Source: Deinococcus hopiensis KR-140 (GTDB lineage Bacteria > Deinococcota > Deinococci > Deinococcales > Deinococcaceae). Taken from it: a DNA stretch of 64,000 nt. Numbering within the stretch: position 1 is the stretch's first letter; each line of letters begins with the position of its first letter. The stretch lies in NCBI GenBank assembly GCA_943327755.2, contig CALPYF020000013.1, forward strand, positions 15,998 to 79,997. Reading direction: 5' to 3'. Positions 9,740 through 19,193 of this stretch are shown piece by piece. Below the pieces are notes generated by a model. The model saw only the letters and a program-made list of their open reading frames with translations, had not been told where the DNA came from and made no database searches. A program made the position numbers and the translations under genes.

Positions 9740-9877
9740 ATGAACCGACGCCTGAACCTCCGCGCGATCACCCTCACCGTCATCGTCACCAGCTGGGCAG
9801 GTGGCTTCGCCTTCCTGTCTCTCACCGTGTCCTCGACCATCCAGGCGAGCACCCCCGCATGGTCCGGTACCCCATGA
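9740..9877 (+). CDS. small putative membrane peptide (45 aa), hairpin-led
   Basis: MNRRLNLRAITLTVIVTSWAGGFAFLSLTVSS; ATGA overlap with the next ORF. Confidence 0.55.
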   Translation: MNRRLNLRAITLTVIVTSWAGGFAFLSLTVSSTIQASTPAWSGTP

Positions 9878-10068
9878 GTCCCCGCGAGCATGAGCGGCTC
9901 GCCCGCTCCCTCCTACAGGCGGCCCTGGATCACCAGCGCACGGCGCTCGCCTGCCCGGACGACTACCGGGCGGGCCTCGCCGCTCGCACCCTGGCCCAGG
10001 ACGCCTTGCATCACGCCCAGCTCGCCGAGCCCCGGGTGACTCCGGTGGGCGTGATCATCCGTACCTGA
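9874..10068 (+). CDS. small helical hypothetical protein (64 aa)
   Basis: MSPREHERLARSLLQAALDHQ...; translationally coupled by an ATGA overlap. Confidence 0.55.
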   Translation: MSPREHERLARSLLQAALDHQRTALACPDDYRAGLAARTLAQDALHHAQLAEPRVTPVGVIIRT

Positions 10069-10145
10069 ACAGGGCCCGGCATTCACCCTGCCCGGACCGC
10101 CTGCCGTCCAGTCCTGGCCCGCGCACCGCGGGCCACGCGGACGTC

Positions 10146-10757
10146 ATGCAAGGCACCCTGACCGGCGTCGTTCTGAATGCCACGACCACCGACACGCAGA
10201 CCACCGTGAAGCTCGCCGGGATCACCGACAACGGGCACCGGGGCGTCACCTGGATTCACACGGTGACCTTCACCGGCCCCCGCAAACTGGCCACCCTGCC
10301 CGCTGAGGGCAGCGTCGCGCGCGTCACCTGCATGGCCACCCAACAGGTCTTCCAGGGCCGCGACGGGCAGAAGGCCAGTGCCGTGAGCTTGCTCGGCGTG
10401 ACCCTCACCCCCCACGCCGGGCCGATCACGCGCAAGGGGTCCACGCCCTTCCTCCTGCAGGCCGTGAACGAGTTCCGCTTCGCCGCGTTCCTCACCCGCG
10501 ACCCTGTGCGTAAACCCATCGGCGTCACTGAAGCGCGCGTGGGCGTGCGCGACCGGAAGGGGCACACGCACTACTTCAACTGCGAAGCCTGGCGCGCCCT
10601 CGCCCCCACCCTGGGCGCCCGACGCGCCGCCGCGGAACTCACCCTCACCTGCATCCTCCGCCGCGATCGGGTGGACACGGCGGCCGGCGCGCGTGCGTTC
10701 GACGTGATGGAAGTCATCGCCCTGAACGCCCAGGGGGTCGCCAATGCCGCAGACTGA
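10146..10757 (+). CDS. ssb: single-stranded DNA-binding protein-like, two OB folds (203 aa)
   Basis: Second half AVNEFRFAAFLTRDP...HYFNCEAWRALA matches the SSB OB-fold pattern; first half is a second beta-rich OB-like unit. No acidic C-terminal tail. Hairpin-led. Confidence 0.65.
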   Translation: MQGTLTGVVLNATTTDTQTTVKLAGITDNGHRGVTWIHTVTFTGPRKLATLPAEGSVARVTCMATQQVFQGRDGQKASAVSLLGVTLTPHAGPITRKGSTPFLLQAVNEFRFAAFLTRDPVRKPIGVTEARVGVRDRKGHTHYFNCEAWRALAPTLGARRAAAELTLTCILRRDRVDTAAGARAFDVMEVIALNAQGVANAAD

Positions 10758-10887
10758 CCCCCGCGAACGGGAGATCCAGGCCCTCCTGCGCCTCATGACG
10801 ACCGGGCGTCACCCCGACGGCCGACGCGCCACGTGGATGGACGAACAACACGCGAACACGCGTCTGAATCAATTACGCCGGACCTGA
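10744..10887 (+). CDS. small hypothetical protein (47 aa)
   Basis: MPQTDPREREIQALLRLMTTG...; overlaps the end of ssb; high GC3. Confidence 0.4.
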   Translation: MPQTDPREREIQALLRLMTTGRHPDGRRATWMDEQHANTRLNQLRRT

Positions 10888-10971
10888 CCGGTGGGGGGAG
10901 GCCACGCGCCTCCCTCCCTTTCTTCATGCTCCGCCAGTCGTGGCCCGCGCACCGCGGGCCAGGCCGCTCGC

Positions 10972-11550
10972 ATGAGCCCACCCAACCTCATCCTGCACGC
11001 CACGACCTGCCTCACCCTGCTCGGCCTCACCGCGAAAGCCGCCCTCCGGGCCTTGGAGGACTCGTGGCAGATCCTCGACGCGGAGACAGGCCGCGCCCTC
11101 GGCACCCTCCAGGGCGACCGGGTCACCGTGGACGCGGCCACCCTCCTCCCGGAGGAACTGGACCGCTGCGTCGCCCCTCTGCTCGGCCCCCCACTCGCCA
11201 CGCGTTTCTTCCAGCAGTTCCCCGCCGCGAGCGGTGACTGGTTCCTCTGTGTGCAGGGTGGGCACGAGATCTCCCTGCGCGCTCGGGATGACACGGTTCT
11301 CGCCAGCGGCCACCTGTTCGAACCCACGAGCGGCGTCCTCTTCGCCACCGTGAACACCTGGAATCCCCTCCTGCACACCCTGCTCCCTGCCCCTGTTCCG
11401 GTCGGGCCGGGCAGTAACGAGAAGCAGGCACGCCTGCTCGATTGGCGAACCCTTAACGTCACGCCCAGCATCGCTGACTCGGACACGCTCGCCTTCTACA
11501 TCTCACGGACGGCACTCGACGCACCCGTACCCGTACGGCTGCTGGTATGA
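10972..11550 (+). CDS. hypothetical protein (192 aa), hairpin-led
   Basis: ATG 10 nt after GGCCA; coding-like codon usage. Confidence 0.7.
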   Translation: MSPPNLILHATTCLTLLGLTAKAALRALEDSWQILDAETGRALGTLQGDRVTVDAATLLPEELDRCVAPLLGPPLATRFFQQFPAASGDWFLCVQGGHEISLRARDDTVLASGHLFEPTSGVLFATVNTWNPLLHTLLPAPVPVGPGSNEKQARLLDWRTLNVTPSIADSDTLAFYISRTALDAPVPVRLLV

Positions 11551-11690
11551 CCCGGGGCACGCGGCCACCCGCACCGTGCTCCTCCTCTCGCAGGCGCTCA
11601 CCCTGGAGACAGGTGAGAGTTGGCCGCACGGCCGCGCCCCGTACGTCTGAACCAGCCCTGGCCCCACCCGCGTGGGGCCAGACTGGCGTC

Positions 11691-12155
11691 ATGCTCATCA
11701 CCGTCGGCCGCCTCGGCGATTCCCACGACACTGGACACGCGGAGTACGTCGGACGAGGCCGGGGCAGCGTCCTCGGCAATCCCCTGCCCGTCATCGGACG
11801 GGGCCGCTGGACGGGCGAGGCCGCCGCGTGGACAAGTCACCTGATCCACTCGGCGCACCTCACGGGCACCGAACGCGAGCAGGCACAGCGGGCGCTGCAC
11901 CGCCTCGGCTTCGAGCAGGGAGAGGCAGCCGCGCTGTACCTGCACGTCCTGCGGGAGCAGTGCCGGACGGACACCCCACAACGCCGTGCCGTGCTGCGAC
12001 TCGCCGCCCTCGCCACGCAGGGCCCCGTGCACCTCCAGTGCTGGTGCACCCCGAAGCCGTGTCACGCGGAGCACATCCGCTCGGCCATCCTCGGCTACGC
12101 GCAGACGTTGGTCGAGAGGCGCGCGACCGCCGCACGGGCTACCGTGCTCGGCTGA
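11691..12155 (+). CDS. DUF4326 domain protein (154 aa)
   Basis: YVGRG..S..GNP N-terminal motif and L.CWC.P.PCH C-terminal motif. Hairpin-led. Confidence 0.8.
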   Translation: MLITVGRLGDSHDTGHAEYVGRGRGSVLGNPLPVIGRGRWTGEAAAWTSHLIHSAHLTGTEREQAQRALHRLGFEQGEAAALYLHVLREQCRTDTPQRRAVLRLAALATQGPVHLQCWCTPKPCHAEHIRSAILGYAQTLVERRATAARATVLG

Positions 12156-12195
12156 ACAGACCTGGCCCCGGCACGGCCGGAGCCACGCGCCGGGC

Positions 12196-12624
12196 ATGGA
12201 TCCCTACACGCTCACCCTCGCCCCGGAAGACACGTTCGAGGTCACCGCGTTCACGGCCGCGGAGTACTGCACGCCCTCCGGACACCGCCTCGGCCAACCG
12301 AACGCCACTGGCATCGTTGACGTTGCTCTCCTCTCCCGCGCGCACCGCCGCGTGGTCCGCGCCCCTGATCGGCTGTTCCTCGCGGACGTGCGCCGCGCCA
12401 CGGCCGAAGGCTGTACCGTGTGGCTCATCCACCTGCACCAGCGGCCCGCCCACGGGTACGAGATCGGCGGCGTCACCATCCTCACGCCCACCGAAGCCGA
12501 CGCCCAGGCGCTCACCGATCAGCTCGAAGCGGCACAGACGCCCGACGCGTGGGCCACCGTCACCGCGCCCTACCGCGCCGGTCTGTTCGACCTGATCAGC
12601 TCCTACCTCACCGGCGAACCCTGA
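12196..12624 (+). CDS. hypothetical protein (142 aa), hairpin-led
   Basis: ATG 10 nt after an imperfect hairpin (right arm GAGCCA). Confidence 0.7.
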   Translation: MDPYTLTLAPEDTFEVTAFTAAEYCTPSGHRLGQPNATGIVDVALLSRAHRRVVRAPDRLFLADVRRATAEGCTVWLIHLHQRPAHGYEIGGVTILTPTEADAQALTDQLEAAQTPDAWATVTAPYRAGLFDLISSYLTGEP

Positions 12625-12831
12625 ACGCCCGGCGCGCCCGGCGGGGCGTGGGCGGAGACGGCGGCGGGCGCACGGCGCGCCCACCGCAGCCCGGCAACGC
12701 CAGACCCGGAACGCGCCGGGGGGTGGCTGCACGCAGTCCGCAAGCGGCCTGCGCGCGAAGGCGGCAATCCACCACCGACAGTCGCAAACCCCCAGAATCA
12801 CCCCACTCCTCCATCACGCGGAAGGGGAAGG

Positions 12832-12883
12832 GACCGGGGTGGCGCACGCCGAACGCCCAGTGCGAGACCCCCGCTCACCGCTC
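12832..12883. repeat. ~52-bp direct repeat, copy 1
   Basis: GACCGGGGTGGCGCACGCCGAACGCCCAGTGCGAGACCCCCGCTCACCGCTC; near-identical to 14476-14526. Confidence 0.85.
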
Positions 12884-12919
12884 CAGTCCTGGCCTGCGCC
12901 CGCAGGCCACGTCCCTCCC

Positions 12920-13375
12920 ATGCTCAGCCGATTCGATCTCGTCGCCGATGGTCCCGATGGCCCGAACACCTGGCAGTGTGCGGTCTACGCTCCCAGTGTC
13001 ACCACCGCCCTTCAGGCCACCCGCGCTGCTGGGTATGCCGGGACGAGTGCCTGGGACCTCGGGCAATTCGAACGGTCGGAAGGCATGACGCCCTTCGTGC
13101 TCACCCCCTCTCAGGCGTGGGACGTCCGGGGTGAGCGGCACGCATCGTTCGGGCGTGCCCAGCTCCTCTCCCCCCTTCTGCACGTCCACCTCCCTCCCGG
13201 AGACGTCGGCACGTCCAGTGAACTGCTGACGCGCTGGACCTTCCCCTCAGACATCCGGGCTCTGCTCGAAGCGGACGCGGGGAGCCCGGGCGAGGTGCAC
13301 TGGATCTGGATGCACGGCGAGCTGCTGGGACGCCCTGCTGATCAGCCCGTCCGGGTTGTGGCACGACCCTCGTGA
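12920..13375 (+). CDS. hypothetical protein (151 aa), hairpin-led
   Basis: ATG 10 nt after TGGCCTGCG-CC-CGCAGGCCA. Confidence 0.7.
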   Translation: MLSRFDLVADGPDGPNTWQCAVYAPSVTTALQATRAAGYAGTSAWDLGQFERSEGMTPFVLTPSQAWDVRGERHASFGRAQLLSPLLHVHLPPGDVGTSSELLTRWTFPSDIRALLEADAGSPGEVHWIWMHGELLGRPADQPVRVVARPS

Positions 13376-13431
13376 CGCGGCGACCTGCCCATGAAGTGCT
13401 GGCCCCCTGCGTCGGGGGCCACCTCGCCTGC

Positions 13432-13755
13432 ATGACCGGGGACGAAACACTGAGTGCGCAGCTGGACCGCCTGCGCGAGAGTTATGACGACGCGATAGAG
13501 GCGCTGGCCGAGCAGTTCGGCCTGATATGGACCGAGATGCACCCACGGGATGCCACGGCGCAGGGCGTCTGGCCACGCCTCACCATCGACGCCACGCCAG
13601 AGGGCACCATCACCTTCCAGGGCTTCCACTTCGAGTTCCGGACGTGCGTTCCCCTGGACTGCCGAGGGGCGTTTCTCGCGGCGGCCATCGCCCACCTGGA
13701 CGCGTACCCTCGCCACGCGTACGACTGGCAGGCGATCCCCGAAGCGGACGACTGA
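13432..13755 (+). CDS. acidic hypothetical protein (107 aa), hairpin-led
   Basis: ATG 10 nt after the hairpin; the next hairpin starts right after the stop. Confidence 0.7.
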   Translation: MTGDETLSAQLDRLRESYDDAIEALAEQFGLIWTEMHPRDATAQGVWPRLTIDATPEGTITFQGFHFEFRTCVPLDCRGAFLAAAIAHLDAYPRHAYDWQAIPEADD

Positions 13756-13792
13756 AGCCCTGGCCCCCGACCCCGGGGGCCACCTCGCCCGC

Positions 13793-14473
13793 ATGAACGG
13801 AATTCAAGCAGCTGGAGGTCGCCGACTGTGCGGCAGTGGACGCACCGCCGGGGAACTGTACCTGGAGTGCGGCCTGATGAAGGGCGGCTCGCCCATCGAG
13901 GACCGCCTCATGGACCTGCCCCTCGAGGTCGACCCAGTGGAGATGGGGGTGAGTGCCATCGGCATCAGCACCTTCACGGACGAGCATGGCGTCACGCATG
14001 TCCTGGACTGGGTGGGCGCGGACTCCTACCCGGAGATGGCGGACTTCATCGAGGAGGCGCGTCGCAAAGGCGTCAGTCGCAAGGTCAGTCGCACGGCGCC
14101 CCTGGGGGACCTCACCTCCCAGAGTTGCCTGTACCTCCTGCACCCCAGGGCCGTCGTCAAGAACGCGAGCACGCTGGCCACCCCCGACGGATTCGCCTGC
14201 CCATGCGGGAAGGGGCACACGGCGCAGGAGGGCTGCATCGGTCTGGGCTGGCACGTCCAGCCGAACGCCGGGGAGGGCCAGCGCCGACTGGCGGACGGCA
14301 CCTACCCCGTCAAGGCACCCCTCTCCCCTGCCCCGGACTACGCGCTCGGCGTGTTCATGGTCGTGCCCATCACGGCCCTCACCGTCATCCAGCACCCCGA
14401 CCCCACCGTCCAGGCCGACCGGGAGAAGCGGGCGGGACAGAGCGGCCTCCCGGTCTTCGTCGCACAGGAATAA
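13793..14473 (+). CDS. Cys/His-containing hypothetical protein (226 aa), hairpin-led
   Basis: RLCGSGR..LECG, HVLDWVG..YP..ADFIEEARRKGVSR and CPCGKGH...CIG motifs. Confidence 0.75.
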   Translation: MNGIQAAGGRRLCGSGRTAGELYLECGLMKGGSPIEDRLMDLPLEVDPVEMGVSAIGISTFTDEHGVTHVLDWVGADSYPEMADFIEEARRKGVSRKVSRTAPLGDLTSQSCLYLLHPRAVVKNASTLATPDGFACPCGKGHTAQEGCIGLGWHVQPNAGEGQRRLADGTYPVKAPLSPAPDYALGVFMVVPITALTVIQHPDPTVQADREKRAGQSGLPVFVAQE

Positions 14474-14475
14474 CA

Positions 14476-14526
14476 GACCGGGGTGGCGCACGCCGGACGC
14501 CCAGTGCGAGATACCCGCTCCCGCTC
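14476..14526. repeat. ~52-bp direct repeat, copy 2
   Basis: GACCGGGGTGGCGCACGCCGGACGCCCAGTGCGAGATACCCGCTCCCGCTC. Confidence 0.85.
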
Positions 14527-14605
14527 ACGCCGGGCCACGCACGGTGCGCGGTCCACCTCTTCCGGCAGTGGTGGCCCCCGGACACCCGGGGGCCATGACA
14601 TTCGT

Positions 14606-15427
14606 ATGCCGACCGATGCCCCCCCACCCCTGCTCAACGTGACCGTGCCCACGCCCTTCAGTACCGCCGTGCCCCTCGACGACCTCACCGAGGACACGCA
14701 CGGCGCCAGCAACCACCTCAAGGGCGCGCTGCGCTGCACCGGGCAACTCCAACCCATCGTGCTGGAATCCCTGCCCAGCGGCGAGTACCGCATCCGGGAT
14801 GGGAATCGCCGCGTCGCGGCCGCCCGGTCGCTCGGCTGGACGCACGTGCAGGCGGACGTGTACGCCGGACTGACCGAAGCGCAGTGGGCCCTGGTGGTCG
14901 CCGGAGTGCACAACCGCAGTGCCAACCCCGTGGAGGAAGCCCGCCTGTACGGCACGCTCACCCAGACGCTCACCGAGGCGGGCATCGCCGCGAACACCGG
15001 CGTTCCCGTGCAAGTCATCCGCGCCCGCCTGTCCCTGCTCAGCCTGCCGGGCGACGTCCTGGACCTGATCGGGACGCGCACCCTGAGCCTGAGTGTCGCC
15101 GAGCGCGCCGCGAAACTCCGGGGCGTGCACGCCGAGCGGGCCGTGCGGGAGATCCGGGAGGCGGAACAGGCGGGCAAGCCGTTCACGGCTGCGCAGCTGA
15201 AGGTGGTCACCGTGGCCCGCGCCAGCAGCCTCGGGGCGCGCCTCATGGCCGCGGCGCCGCCCCCACCCACGCTGCTGCCCCCAGAGACGATCCTCGCCGA
15301 GGAAGTCCGGGCGCTCTGCGAACGGCGGGGCGTGAGCGTGCAGGCCCTGACGCAGGTCCTCACCGGGTCGGTGCCGCCCGTGACCCCCGTGCAGGCGGCC
15401 CACGTCCACCGCGCCGTGGTGCACTGA
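14606..15427 (+). CDS. ParB/RepB/Spo0J-family protein (273 aa), hairpin-led
   Basis: GQLQPIVL...YRIRDGNRRVAAA ParB N-terminal motif, NPVEEARLY, and an HTH AGIAANTGVPVQVIRARLSLL. Confidence 0.85.
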   Translation: MPTDAPPPLLNVTVPTPFSTAVPLDDLTEDTHGASNHLKGALRCTGQLQPIVLESLPSGEYRIRDGNRRVAAARSLGWTHVQADVYAGLTEAQWALVVAGVHNRSANPVEEARLYGTLTQTLTEAGIAANTGVPVQVIRARLSLLSLPGDVLDLIGTRTLSLSVAERAAKLRGVHAERAVREIREAEQAGKPFTAAQLKVVTVARASSLGARLMAAAPPPPTLLPPETILAEEVRALCERRGVSVQALTQVLTGSVPPVTPVQAAHVHRAVVH

Positions 15428-15714
15428 TGGCCCCCACACCACGCACGAAACGGAAGACCCGGACACGGCAGGGCACCCTGCACGAGTCCCTCTACCCGGC
15501 CGTGCGCCGCATGTACCCCACCGCGACGCGAGTCGTGCGGCACGAACGGCTGACGACCCATGGCCGTCACCGCCGTCCGGTGCTCGACGTGACGCTCGCG
15601 GCGTTCGATGCGCAGGGCCGGACGCTGATGGCCCTCCGGCCGGAGGAGATGCCCGAACTCCACGACGCGGTGACGGCCCGGCATGGTCCGGGGTACGTCT
15701 CGCTCGACCTCTGA
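15427..15714 (+). CDS. basic hypothetical protein (95 aa)
   Basis: TGATG overlap with the ParB-like gene. Confidence 0.6.
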   Translation: MAPTPRTKRKTRTRQGTLHESLYPAVRRMYPTATRVVRHERLTTHGRHRRPVLDVTLAAFDAQGRTLMALRPEEMPELHDAVTARHGPGYVSLDL

Positions 15715-15820
15715 GATCGCTGCATGCATACCACGCAGCCCGTGACACCGAAGCAAGACCGACGCCAATAGACGGCAGATGAGTTCACCTCGCGGTCAGT
15801 TGTGCGCTAGCGTGCCCGTC

Positions 15821-18800
15821 ATGACCGAGCGTGTCCACCAGCTCCAGCGGAAGACGGCCGGGGCAGCTCGCCCCGCACGGCCGGACCTCCAGCGCCCGGC
15901 TGAGGAGCTGGCGCACCACCACCGCGCCCTGCAGCGGCAGACAGCCCGCCCGGTCACGGCTCAGCGTCAGGCCGTCGCCCCGGTCCTGCGTGCGGCTGCC
16001 CTGGAGGGGCAGGAGACGGCCCGCCTGACGACCGCGCGCACCCAGCTGCAGCGGCAGGTGGACGCCCTGGCTCCCCTGCCAGCTGCTCCGCGCAGCGCGC
16101 CCACCGCCGTGCCCGCGGCGCCCACGACCCCGTCGGATTGGGTGACCGTGATGCGCGCCCGCGCCGAGGGTGCCGAAGGTCAGCGCCTCGATGCCCGCGC
16201 GTACGGGGAGTTCCAGGCGCTGCAGCGGCAGGTGGCGCACACCCTGGCGCAGGGCTTCCGGCAGGACCGCGGCGACCCCGCCGCCCGGTACGCCACGTAC
16301 GGCACGCACCTCGCGACCCTGCAACGTCACCCGGTGAGTGCCCCCGTCTCTCGGGTCGTCCTGGGCCTGGTGCCCTCCAGTGAGCGGCTTCCCCTGCAAC
16401 GGGCGGCGGACGAGGCCCTGCAGCGTCTGCAGGCCCAGGAACAGGCCGCCCTGAACGCAGAGACCTGCCACTCGCTGCAGCGGCAACTGGCTGAACTCGA
16501 CGCAGAGGCCACGCAGCCCGTGTTGCAGCGCATCCAGGCGCGGCGTGGCGGGGGCGCACCACTGCCGGAGGCCGTGCAGCGGCACCTGGAGCAGGGCCTC
16601 AACCATGACCTCAGTCGTGTGCGCATCCACGACGACGCGGAAGCCGACAAGTTGGCCAAAGGCGTGAATGCCATTGCGTTTACGACAGGCACGGACATCT
16701 TCTTCCAGGCGGGGCGGTTCGAGCCGAACACCCAGAGCGGCTTGGAACTCCTCGCGCATGAGGTCACGCACACGGTGCAGCAGAGTCAGGGCCGCGTGGG
16801 CACCGGCATCGACCCGGACGCTGGCCTGGAAGCGGAGGCGCGCGCCATGGGCGCACGACTGGCCCAGAAGACCACCCTGCCGACGCGGGCCACCCAACCC
16901 CAGCCTCACTCGACCGTTACACCAACCACGACCTTCCAGCGGCGTCCCGCCGCGGGAACGGCGCCCGTCCGCACGCCGACTCCGCAAGCGGTCGGTCGGG
17001 TCGGCATCATCACCCACTCCGACGGAGCCAACCTCCGCACGCAACCGGACGCGCAGGCCAGCAAGGTCCTGCCACAGCCTCTTCCGGTCGGCACGAAAGT
17101 CGGCGTGATCAGTCAGGCGGCGAACGGCTGGAGTCGGGTGTCCCTCCCGTCCGGGCAGAGCGGGTGGCTTCAGACCCTGCGCGTCACCACGAACCTGCCC
17201 GATCCCGGCTCGCGCCTGATCCGGGTAGCACAGCAGACGACCGCAATTGGCGTGGCGGAACGCTACTACCGCGCCCTCGTGCGGCCCGGTCAGGACCTCC
17301 GGTATTACGTGAATGTGCTCGAGCAGGTGAACCGCCAGCGGGGGACAGGCGCGTTCCAGGCGGGTCAGACCCTCCAGGCGGGCAGCCTGCTGTGGGTTCC
17401 CGGCGCCGCGTATGCGCAGACCCTGGCGGGGACTGTTCAATCCGGCTCGATCACGGGCGGAGCCCTGGCACGGGTCAATGCCGCCATGGGGCAGAGTCCC
17501 GGCGCGAACATCATGCGTTCCGTGCTGGAGTCGCCGCAGTACGTGCGGGAAGTGCTGGGGGACGCCTGGGTGACGGTGAAGGAGCACTGGCCCGTGATCC
17601 TGGCGACGACCACGGCGCTGATCGGCGCGGAGTTGCTCGTGGGGGTGCTCGCGGCCGCGCCGGAACCCACCACCGTCACGAAATTCCTGGCGGTGGGCCT
17701 GCAGGGCATCATCACAGCCGTCGCCGGGGTGGGGGCCGTCACGGCCGGAGCGGCCGCTCTCGAAGCGGGCGCGCGGTGGCTGAAGACGGCGTGGAGTTCC
17801 CGTGGGAACGCCACGCAGATCAAGGTGGCGGCCAAGGCGTTCCTGACGATGATCGGGCAGACCGTAATGGCGGTCGCCAGTGCGGCTGGGGTGCGCGCCA
17901 GTGCCGGGCGTACAACGGCCCTGCGCGGCCTGTACACGCGGGAGCAACTGGTCGCCCAGATCGGCAACAAGGCCACGTACGAGGCGCTGATGGACGTCCT
18001 GGCGGCGCGGGGCGTCAAGACTAACAACGCGCAACTGCTGGGGAATCTCCTGAAGAAGGTTCCGGATCCCCTCGAGCTCAAGGGCTTCCTGCGCAAGGTG
18101 GACAAGCCCAGCGAGTTCCTGGCCACGCTGAACAAGTACCCACTGAACCGCGTGCGTCAGGTCCTGGCTGAGATCGACAGCCAGAGCATTCCGCCGCAGT
18201 TCGCGAGTCGACTGCTGACCCTCAATCTCGAAAATCCCGTCCCGACCAGGCCGCTGAACGCGGCGCGCGTCGCCTTACTGAACCAGAAAGTGCCCGGCGG
18301 AGCGGCCGACAAGACCTTCGGGGGCAAATCCGTGGTGCTGCGCGAAGAGCTGACGCCCACCCAGGCGGCGCAGGACAAGGCGGCAGGCGCGCGGTACCAG
18401 GCTCTGCTCGACGACATTCTGGAACGCAGCCCCTACGTCTACCGCTACACCACACGGTTCGCCCTGAACAAGGTGCGTGAGAACGGCTGGGACATCCGCG
18501 AAGCCTTCATGACCAACGTCCTCGTGAAGAATCCCAACGACGTGAGCCTGGGGGCACAACTCAAGCCCGCCTGGTACCAGTTCAGCGACGGGAACCCTGA
18601 TGTGGTCGTCAAGATCCCCAGGCGCCTGCTGAAAGCCTCCACCGTCCCACGCCCCTCCGGGAATACGGCGGAAGTGGCGGGCTGGGAATTCACGACGTCC
18701 GCCTATCCGGAAGCGGGGAAAGGCGGGCTGCTGCAGTTCATGGGCACGCTGGACAACGGTGTCCTGGAAAGTGGCATCAAGACTGGCGAGATCGAAATCA

Positions 18801-18844
18801 TAGAGCTGTCGGGCGGCACGTCCCGGTTGCCGCGGCCCCGATAA
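15821..18844 (+). CDS. DUF4157 (eCIS-core) protein with SH3b, LysM-like, hydrophobic and variable C-terminal (putative toxin) regions (1007 aa)
   Basis: DUF4157 motif DLSRVRIHDD...AFTTGTDIFF...LLAHEVTHTVQQ, SH3b ANLRTQP...GWSRV...SGW, and a TM region. TAGCGT at -13..-8 of ATG 15821. Confidence 0.8.
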   Translation: MTERVHQLQRKTAGAARPARPDLQRPAEELAHHHRALQRQTARPVTAQRQAVAPVLRAAALEGQETARLTTARTQLQRQVDALAPLPAAPRSAPTAVPAAPTTPSDWVTVMRARAEGAEGQRLDARAYGEFQALQRQVAHTLAQGFRQDRGDPAARYATYGTHLATLQRHPVSAPVSRVVLGLVPSSERLPLQRAADEALQRLQAQEQAALNAETCHSLQRQLAELDAEATQPVLQRIQARRGGGAPLPEAVQRHLEQGLNHDLSRVRIHDDAEADKLAKGVNAIAFTTGTDIFFQAGRFEPNTQSGLELLAHEVTHTVQQSQGRVGTGIDPDAGLEAEARAMGARLAQKTTLPTRATQPQPHSTVTPTTTFQRRPAAGTAPVRTPTPQAVGRVGIITHSDGANLRTQPDAQASKVLPQPLPVGTKVGVISQAANGWSRVSLPSGQSGWLQTLRVTTNLPDPGSRLIRVAQQTTAIGVAERYYRALVRPGQDLRYYVNVLEQVNRQRGTGAFQAGQTLQAGSLLWVPGAAYAQTLAGTVQSGSITGGALARVNAAMGQSPGANIMRSVLESPQYVREVLGDAWVTVKEHWPVILATTTALIGAELLVGVLAAAPEPTTVTKFLAVGLQGIITAVAGVGAVTAGAAALEAGARWLKTAWSSRGNATQIKVAAKAFLTMIGQTVMAVASAAGVRASAGRTTALRGLYTREQLVAQIGNKATYEALMDVLAARGVKTNNAQLLGNLLKKVPDPLELKGFLRKVDKPSEFLATLNKYPLNRVRQVLAEIDSQSIPPQFASRLLTLNLENPVPTRPLNAARVALLNQKVPGGAADKTFGGKSVVLREELTPTQAAQDKAAGARYQALLDDILERSPYVYRYTTRFALNKVRENGWDIREAFMTNVLVKNPNDVSLGAQLKPAWYQFSDGNPDVVVKIPRRLLKASTVPRPSGNTAEVAGWEFTTSAYPEAGKGGLLQFMGTLDNGVLESGIKTGEIEIIELSGGTSRLPRPR

Positions 18845-18878
18845 TGACTCGCACCACACGCGCCGCATCAGGAGAGCC

Positions 18879-19193
18879 ATGAACAGCGAACGACAATTGG
18901 ACAATCAGGGCAACGCCATCGGCCTCTTTCGATCGGCCTTCCAAACTGCGGTTGGACACTTGCAGGAGACGCACCAGAACCTGCAAGACGTGTCTCAGGA
19001 GGAGCTGCTGGCCGCGACTGCCGCGCAGAAAGCAAGTCGCGCCTGGTACTTCGAGAACGATGGCGTGACCCAGCACGATCTGGACCTGTTCGATGAGGTG
19101 ATGCTGGATTACTGGGCGAGCCTGCTCGACTGCCTGAAGGACCCGAGGGCCGACACGACCGTGGACGCCTGCCTCAATCTGCTCTTCCGCTGA
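18879..19193 (+). CDS. putative cognate immunity protein (104 aa)
   Basis: Small acidic ORF with CAGGAGAG RBS, 35 nt after the toxin-like gene. Confidence 0.55.
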   Translation: MNSERQLDNQGNAIGLFRSAFQTAVGHLQETHQNLQDVSQEELLAATAAQKASRAWYFENDGVTQHDLDLFDEVMLDYWASLLDCLKDPRADTTVDACLNLLFR

